The position numbers and the translations under genes are program-made. The notes under the pieces are model-generated. The model was not told where the DNA came from. It worked only from the letters and a program-made list of their open reading frames with translations, and searched no databases. 64,000 nt of DNA from Promethearchaeia archaeon (GTDB taxonomy: Archaea > Asgardarchaeota > Lokiarchaeia > Sigyniarchaeales > SOKP01). The number at the start of each line of letters is the position of its first letter. The first letter of the stretch is position 1. Of the stretch, positions 58,197-64,000 are shown piece by piece. The DNA is taken from assembly GCA_029856145.1 (NCBI GenBank), contig JAHQWK010000011.1, positions 64,001-128,000 of the forward strand, in the 5' to 3' direction.

Positions 58197-59912
58197 TTAC
58201 TTTTTAGCAAAAGGTTCAAGGTCTAATGCTTCAAATATATCATCTAAAGCTTCAATTGTTCCTAAAAAGTGCCATTCCCCTTCATCAACGTTTTGTCCGG
58301 TTGCATACTTACTTGCCATATTATATAACCTGATGAAATTTTCATAATGTAAGGCTATTCTATTTTCTGCATAATCTCTAGCACTCCAAGTTGTTATTAG
58401 AAATTGCCAATCACTACTTTGTAAGAGTAAGAGTTCTCGTACCATCTGTTTAAGAATTTTGAGTAAATTTGGATCGCTTGAATTTTTATATTTTGCGATG
58501 ATCTCTTCGCTCTTTGCTTCACATTCATATATTCTCTCCCATGTCCAAGTCGTCCACTCATTTAACCACACCCAATGAGAACTGGCTTGCCCCCATGATC
58601 CCTCAATCACAGAAACAACCTTATTAGGTGGGTTCTTTTCTAAATGTATTCTTGTGTTCGTCAATTCTACTTCAGGATCATCCTCTACCCACCGAAGAAC
58701 TCTGGCTAACCACCAGTTTCCCTCAAACCACCAATGGCCAAACAGCTCTGCATCATATGGCGACACGACAATACCATTTCTTCCATTTTTATCTTTGTAA
58801 TCTCGTAAAATATCTTTAATAAGATTTAGATAATGACCCGCATTTTCATCTAGTTTCCCAGGTATGTCCTCTGGCCAATAAAGCATTTTTTTCCCTAAAT
58901 CTAATTTCGCTTCTGTAACTTTCCAATATCGGAGACCTCCCGGATAGTGTTTCTTATGGAAATCAAGATACTCGGCACAGCCGGGATACCCATGCTCTCC
59001 GCTCCATACCACAATCCCTGTTTTTTCATCCCTAGTAAAAAAACCAACAGGTGCGGGGGTAGATGGATCAGTAGAAACTAAATATGGCTCATATTGAGAT
59101 TTTTCAAAAGATGTTGGAATTTCTTCATATTGAGAAGAAAATTGTTTCCAGAGTTCCGCAAGTAAAGGAAATCGAGCTGCATAAACACCCTGAGATTTTC
59201 CTCCTAAAAGTAAGGCTGTATCAATAAAGAAATATTTCAAACCATTTTTAGCAAGAAAATATTCTACACCAGGTCTTTCATACTCCTCATCTGTAATTGG
59301 ATTTTTCCATCGATATGCAGGACGATATCCACATTCGGGTAACCATGCACCAGTAGGAGCTCTCCCAAAATGAAGTTTATAATTATCAACTGCAGTTTTA
59401 AATTGGGCATCAATAGATGAATCTTTAGAAAGCAATGGAGCATATCCATGAGTTGCCCCACAAGTGATGATATCAACAAGCCCCATATCTTGTAGATTTT
59501 TATATGCTCCCACGATGTCTTTATTGTATCTATTTAAGAAATTGTCTCTAACTCGGTCATAGAACTCCTGCCACCACTTTGTTAATTTGATTCGTCCATC
59601 TTTATATTTATTTTCTGTAAAATCCTCAAAATCATATAAAGCAGCATTGTATTTTTCTTCCAAATATCCTAAAAAGCCATCAACAAATTTAGGATTACGA
59701 AGCATTTCACATAATACTGGTGTAAGACCAATGGTAAGTTTTGGATGATATCCATCATCAATGAGTTTATATAATTCTATTAAAAGGGGGATATATGTTT
59801 CTGCAGCCGCTTCATTAACCCAATCCATCCCATGCGGCCACACGCCATGGCCCAATACCCACGGGAGGTGACTATGCAAAACTAAACAGAATGAACCCAA
59901 TATTTCAGTCAT
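58197..59912 (-). CDS. GH57 1,4-alpha-glucan branching enzyme
   Basis: VLHSHLPWV, ETYIPL, ATHGY, WLPECGY, YDAELFGHWWFEG, SWG and RELLLLQSSDWQF. Confidence 0.93.
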   Translation of the reverse strand: MTEILGSFCLVLHSHLPWVLGHGVWPHGMDWVNEAAAETYIPLLIELYKLIDDGYHPKLTIGLTPVLCEMLRNPKFVDGFLGYLEEKYNAALYDFEDFTENKYKDGRIKLTKWWQEFYDRVRDNFLNRYNKDIVGAYKNLQDMGLVDIITCGATHGYAPLLSKDSSIDAQFKTAVDNYKLHFGRAPTGAWLPECGYRPAYRWKNPITDEEYERPGVEYFLAKNGLKYFFIDTALLLGGKSQGVYAARFPLLAELWKQFSSQYEEIPTSFEKSQYEPYLVSTDPSTPAPVGFFTRDEKTGIVVWSGEHGYPGCAEYLDFHKKHYPGGLRYWKVTEAKLDLGKKMLYWPEDIPGKLDENAGHYLNLIKDILRDYKDKNGRNGIVVSPYDAELFGHWWFEGNWWLARVLRWVEDDPEVELTNTRIHLEKNPPNKVVSVIEGSWGQASSHWVWLNEWTTWTWERIYECEAKSEEIIAKYKNSSDPNLLKILKQMVRELLLLQSSDWQFLITTWSARDYAENRIALHYENFIRLYNMASKYATGQNVDEGEWHFLGTIEALDDIFEALDLEPFAKK

Positions 59913-60103
59913 AATTCTATATTATCTCTAATGAAAGTTAAATTAATCGAAATTTGCTATTGTTATATAATTTTTCAATTCTTAAATATTAAAGAGAATC
60001 TTAAATATTCAAAAATCGTTAAAGTTATATATTCTTATTTAGCTTTTTATCATATATAATATCCAATTGAAACGTTATCGATATTTTAAAGAAGTAGTTC
60101 TTA

Positions 60104-61492
60104 ATGATTCATAATCCAATAGAAGACCTTAACGAGTTAAAAAAAAACGGTAGGATTATAGGTAAAGCAAACTATGTGTTTACACCGGAGATTTCAAGCT
60201 TAATAGGATCAATTCATGGTAGTTTATTCAAACAAGGAGAATCAGTTGTTATGGGGAGAGACTATCATAATGACAGTCGGATGTTGAAAAGAGCATACAC
60301 CTCAGGTATGATGTCTACTGGAATAAATCTTTTAAACCTTTCAGATTGCACGCTTCCCTTATTGCAATTTACAATAAGGCGATTTGGAGCGAGTGGTGGT
60401 TTTTATTTCTCAGGAGGGCATTTATTTAGTGAAGATGTAGGAATTCGTTTCTTAGATGCAGGAGGAATTGAATTAGCACAATCAGAACTTCAAAGAATAA
60501 TTGAATCTTACAACAACTATCCTCAACAAGTAAGAAGAGTTGATCCTAATGAAATAGGACAAATAACAGCAATACCTCAAACTGCTGATATTTATATTAA
60601 ATCCCTTCAACAATTTGTTAATAAAAAAAAGATAAAAGAGGCGAAATTAAAGATTGTAGTAGATTGTTCTTATGGTCCAACGGGAAAAATAACTCCCCTT
60701 TTAATTAATGATATTGGTGTTGAAGTAATTGCCTTAAATACTCATTACCGCGAAAGATCTTCAAGTCCCGTACCTAGCATTAATACTATACGAAATACAG
60801 CAGACATCGTGAAAGCATCAAATAGCCATCTTGGTGTTTGTTTTGATGTAGATGGCTCAAGAATATTAATAATAGATGAAAATGGGTTGGAAATAACCTA
60901 TGAAGATTTATTAATGCTTTTTATTACCTTTGATAAAAGAATTCAAAAATCTAAAGGGAGCACAATTATTACCACCCCATCAATTTCTCCTGTTGTAAGA
61001 GAATTTATTGAAGATAGTAATTTCCCCATAAAGCAGGTAGAAAATTATCCTGGGGAGATTTCAAGACAAATAAGAGAAGAAAGAGCATGTTTTGCTGCTG
61101 CAGATACATTGAAGTTTTATTTCAGTGAGTATGCTCCCTTTTCTGATGGTAACTTCATTCTACTCAAGGTTCTTGAAATCATGACTGCTCAAAATGATCT
61201 CATTAGCTCGTTATCCAGAGGATTTCCAAAAGGTATAAAGATTAATAAAACAATATCCGTTTCCTCAGATTTAATTAATAATATTCACAATCGCTTAAGA
61301 GAATTAGCAGAACAAAACGGATATAGATATCATGATATAATAAATGAACTGAAGATCATTGGAGATGATGCATACATCATTATAAAAGTTGCACTATATA
61401 GAAATGCAATTCTTCTTTCTGCTGAATCAGAGGATAAAGACAAGGCACAAGAAATGATCCTTAATATGGAAAAGATAATTTCCAAACTTTAA
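60104..61492 (+). CDS. Phosphohexomutase (PGM/PMM)-fold protein with degenerate catalytic motifs
   Basis: GRD..SRMLKRA, KIVVDCSYG and GVCFDVDGSR; the TASHNP loop is replaced by SGGHLF and the GEES loop by AADT. Confidence 0.8.
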   Translation: MIHNPIEDLNELKKNGRIIGKANYVFTPEISSLIGSIHGSLFKQGESVVMGRDYHNDSRMLKRAYTSGMMSTGINLLNLSDCTLPLLQFTIRRFGASGGFYFSGGHLFSEDVGIRFLDAGGIELAQSELQRIIESYNNYPQQVRRVDPNEIGQITAIPQTADIYIKSLQQFVNKKKIKEAKLKIVVDCSYGPTGKITPLLINDIGVEVIALNTHYRERSSSPVPSINTIRNTADIVKASNSHLGVCFDVDGSRILIIDENGLEITYEDLLMLFITFDKRIQKSKGSTIITTPSISPVVREFIEDSNFPIKQVENYPGEISRQIREERACFAAADTLKFYFSEYAPFSDGNFILLKVLEIMTAQNDLISSLSRGFPKGIKINKTISVSSDLINNIHNRLRELAEQNGYRYHDIINELKIIGDDAYIIIKVALYRNAILLSAESEDKDKAQEMILNMEKIISKL

Positions 61493-61551
61493 AACTTTCA
61501 CTCCTAGATGATATTACATAAGTTTATCATCAAAAGTATGATTCTAATCAA

Positions 61552-61605
61552 AATTATTTTAAAACCTTTCTAATTAATTTTATATTAAGAAATTTTAAAA
61601 TAATT
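61552..61605. promoter_or_regulatory. 13-bp inverted repeats flanking a 28-bp core that is inverted relative to the second copy
   Basis: AATTATTTTAAAA (61552-61564) and TTTTAAAATAATT (61593-61605); core 61565-61592 is the exact reverse complement of 62870-62897. Confidence 0.85.
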
Positions 61606-61728
61606 AATCCAGTTATTTTGAATTCATGTTAATAACAGCGATAGATTAAAAAGGCAAAGATAATAATCCCTATAGCGTCGTAGAAGTAATTAAAAAAATT
61701 ATTAAACTTTGGAAAATAAATAAAAATA

Positions 61729-62754
61729 ATGAGCTTGCTAAGTTACATTTTCAAAAGAATACTGATAACAATACCAGTAATATTTGGAGTGTTAACTATA
61801 ACCTTTATACTTTCTAGATCAATGCCGGGAGATCCAGTGATGATACTACTAACTCAGGCGCAAATAAGAATTACACCGGAGATTTATAATGCAATGGTAC
61901 GTGAATTAGGACTTAATCTCCCTATTCATTTACAATATTTTAGATATATAGCTGATATATTTACAGGAAATTGGGGTGAATCTGTTAGTGTTGCTCGCGG
62001 ATCAGACGTTTGGGAATTAATCATTTATAGATTACCTAAAACAATGGACCTTGCTTTTTTTTCAATGCTCATTGCCTCATTTATAGGAATTAAAATAGGA
62101 ATTATTTCAGCAACTCATAGGAATAAAACCAGAGACACCATTTTTAGAAGTTTGGGCATTATAGGAGTTGCTTTTCCCGTATTTGTATTAGGAATGCTTC
62201 TGCAATATTTTTTATCATATCAACTGCACTTATTTCCAGCAACTTACTATAAAAGTATAGAATATAGAGATCCTCCTTTTATAACAGGTTTCTATATGAT
62301 TGATGCACTTTTAACAGGGGAACTCTATAAAATACCAGATTATTTATATCATTTAGCTATGCCTGTATTTTGTTTATCGTTTGTTACTCTTGCGGGAATT
62401 ATAAGACAAACTCGTTCTAGCATGTTAGATGTTTTACAACAAGATTATATAAGAACCGCAAGAGCAAAAGGATGTAGTGAAAAAGGTGTTATTAAAGGTC
62501 ATGCATTAAAAAATGCAATGATTCCGACTGTTACTGTTATCGGATTAAGTTTTGCTACAACATTATCTGGAGCAGTTATTTTAGAATCTACTTTTGGTTT
62601 ACGTGGAATAGGTTTATTATTAATTGATGCTACATTGGGGCTTGATTATTGGCTAATAAACGCATGTATGGTTGTCTTAGCATTTATTTTTATAATTACT
62701 ACTTTGGTAATAGATATCTTATATGGATTTATAGATCCAAGAGTAAGATTTTAA
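61729..62754 (+). CDS. dppB: Peptide/nickel ABC transporter permease (DppB/OppB family), copy 1
   Basis: MPGDPV, LGLNLP..QY, GNWGES, EAA loop RSSMLDVLQQDYIRTARAKG and IDPRVRF. Confidence 0.92.
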   Translation: MSLLSYIFKRILITIPVIFGVLTITFILSRSMPGDPVMILLTQAQIRITPEIYNAMVRELGLNLPIHLQYFRYIADIFTGNWGESVSVARGSDVWELIIYRLPKTMDLAFFSMLIASFIGIKIGIISATHRNKTRDTIFRSLGIIGVAFPVFVLGMLLQYFLSYQLHLFPATYYKSIEYRDPPFITGFYMIDALLTGELYKIPDYLYHLAMPVFCLSFVTLAGIIRQTRSSMLDVLQQDYIRTARAKGCSEKGVIKGHALKNAMIPTVTVIGLSFATTLSGAVILESTFGLRGIGLLLIDATLGLDYWLINACMVVLAFIFIITTLVIDILYGFIDPRVRF

Positions 62755-62890
62755 GTCTAATCTCCGAAGAAGGATAATTAATTTCAGCTCAAACTTAATT
62801 GATATAGTTCTCGATGATAATATAAAAGATTATTACAATACCAGCATTCTAATCTAAATTATTTTTAAATTTCTTAATATAAAATTAATT

Positions 62891-62905
62891 AGAAAGGTTT
62901 AAATA
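62891..62905 (+). promoter_or_regulatory. BRE-TATA promoter of dppB copy 2
   Basis: AGAAAGG followed by TTTAAATA matches the archaeal BRE/TATA consensus; 24 nt before the uORF ATG at 62930. Confidence 0.6.
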
Positions 62906-63031
62906 TAATTATCCAGATATTTTGAATAAATGCTAATAGCAGCGATAGATTAAAAAGGCAAAGATAGTAATCCCTATAGCGTCGTAGAAGTTATTAAAAA
63001 ATTATTAAACTTTGAAAAATAAATAAAAATA

Positions 63032-64000
63032 ATGAGCTTGCTAAGTTACATTTTCAAAAGAATACTAGCGACTATTCCTGTAATATTTGGAGTTTTAACA
63101 ATAACTTTTTTCCTTTCTAGATTGATGCCAGGAGATCCAGTGATGCAATTATTATTACAAGCACAAATAAGACAGGATACTTGGATGTATCGTCAAATTG
63201 TAAATCAATTAGGACTTAATCTCCCTCTTCATTTACAATATTTAAAATATTTAATCGATATTTTTACAGGAAATTGGGGTGAATCTATTGTTTATGCTGT
63301 AGGATCAGACGTTTGGGATTTAATCATTTTTAGATTACCTAAAACAATTGACCTTACATTTTTTTCAATAATCATTGCCTCATTTGTAGGAATTAAAATA
63401 GGAACTATTTCAGCAACTCATAGGAATAAAATCAGAGATACTGTTTTTAGAAGTTTGGGCATTATAGGAGTTGCTTTTCCCGTATTTGTATTAGGAATGA
63501 TTCTGCAATATTTTTTATCATTTCAACTGAAATTATTTCCAATGACTAATTATAAAACTATAGCATATAAGGATCCTCCTTTTGTAACAGGTTTCTATAT
63601 GATTGATGCATTATTAGCAGGGGAACTCTATAAAATACCAGATTATTTATATCATTTAGCTCTGCCTGTATTTTGTTTATCGTTTGTTACTCTTGCGGGA
63701 ATTATAAGACAAACTCGTTCTAGCATGTTAGATGTTTTACAACAAGATTATATAAGAACCGCAAGAGCAAAAGGATGTAGAGAAAAAAAAGTTATTAAAA
63801 AACATGCATTAAAAAATGCAATGATTCCGACTGTTACTGTTATCGGATTAAATTTTGCTAGCTTATTATCTGGAGCAGTTATTTTAGAATCTACTTTTGG
63901 TTTACCTGGAATAGGTTTATTATTAGTTGAAGCTACACTCTATAGAGATTATTGGTTATTAATCTCATGTATGGTTGTAATAGCATTTATTTACATTTTT
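63032..64000 (+). CDS. dppB: DppB/OppB-family ABC permease, copy 2 (3'-truncated by the window edge)
   Basis: Not in the ORF track. ATG at 63032 gives MSLLSYIFKRILATIPVIFG...MPGDPV...RSSMLDVLQQDYIRTARAKG, colinear with copy 1. Confidence 0.92.
   Translation, partial: MSLLSYIFKRILATIPVIFGVLTITFFLSRLMPGDPVMQLLLQAQIRQDTWMYRQIVNQLGLNLPLHLQYLKYLIDIFTGNWGESIVYAVGSDVWDLIIFRLPKTIDLTFFSIIIASFVGIKIGTISATHRNKIRDTVFRSLGIIGVAFPVFVLGMILQYFLSFQLKLFPMTNYKTIAYKDPPFVTGFYMIDALLAGELYKIPDYLYHLALPVFCLSFVTLAGIIRQTRSSMLDVLQQDYIRTARAKGCREKKVIKKHALKNAMIPTVTVIGLNFASLLSGAVILESTFGLPGIGLLLVEATLYRDYWLLISCMVVIAFIYIF

Larger units (their letters stand above)
61541..64000 (+). repeat. Direct tandem duplication (about 1.3-kb period) of the dppB-like gene with its promoter and leader
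   Basis: 61541-62754 aligns with 62846-64000 in both the upstream and coding regions. Confidence 0.9.

Noticed and set aside
620-59479. Many short ORF-track entries antisense to or nested in longer genes (e.g. 620..826, 5252..5458, 6610..6922, 8822..9211, 13848..14801, 17314..17631, 22771..23242, 48428..49334, 53637..53879, 58628..59479)
   Set aside because: They are shadow frames of well-supported genes, with no motifs and compositions typical of antisense reading
61636-61686. Match of the conserved leader to known riboswitches (c-di-GMP-I GGCAAA, fluoride GCGAT)
   Set aside because: Only a few nucleotides match; the required stems and pseudoknots are not evident
61629-61740. Antisense hydrophobic ORF (…FYDAIGIIIFAFLIYRCY*) across the dppB leader
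   Set aside because: A 1-nt indel in the A-run of the second copy breaks the frame, so it is not conserved as a coding sequence
1-64000. tRNA/rRNA genes, transposases/integrases and selenocysteine read-through
   Set aside because: I saw no T-loop/cloverleaf or GC-rich structural RNA tract and no DDE/tyrosine/serine recombinase motifs. The TGA-ending genes look complete. tRNAscan/Infernal were not run.

Overview
A very AT-rich archaeal chromosomal segment, almost certainly Asgard (Lokiarchaeia/Promethearchaeia). This assignment rests on a Loki-CTERM-type sorted protein, a gelsolin-domain protein, three small GTPases (one Rab-like, two Arf/Rag-like fusions), longin/roadblock-like, V4R, SNAP-like and vWA-RING proteins, and an archaeal CdhA. 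Metabolic genes include iorAB, cdhA, an MtrH-like protein, an OCD/AlaDH-family enzyme, Pcm, a U32 hydroxylase, an RNase J-like enzyme, a CspA-family protein and an orphan m6A methyltransferase. Two alpha-glucan loci are present: GH57 plus a maltokinase-like kinase, and a GalT-like enzyme, NDP-sugar pyrophosphorylase, GH57 branching enzyme and degenerate PGM/PMM. I saw no rRNA, tRNA, CRISPR array or intact mobile element. The most notable observations are: (1) the promoters of the tandem dppB-like duplicates differ by an exact 28-bp inversion between 13-bp inverted repeats, and each is followed by a conserved 7-codon uORF and leader; (2) a receptor-like family (ectodomain-TM-longin-like-wHTH) with a soluble paralogue; (3) a vWA plus double RING-variant protein head-to-head with an HhH-Arf-roadblock GTPase; (4) a domain shared by the gelsolin protein and a free-standing gene; (5) a possible maltose-1-phosphate route for glycogen in an archaeon. 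All family calls come from motif recognition by eye, not database searches.
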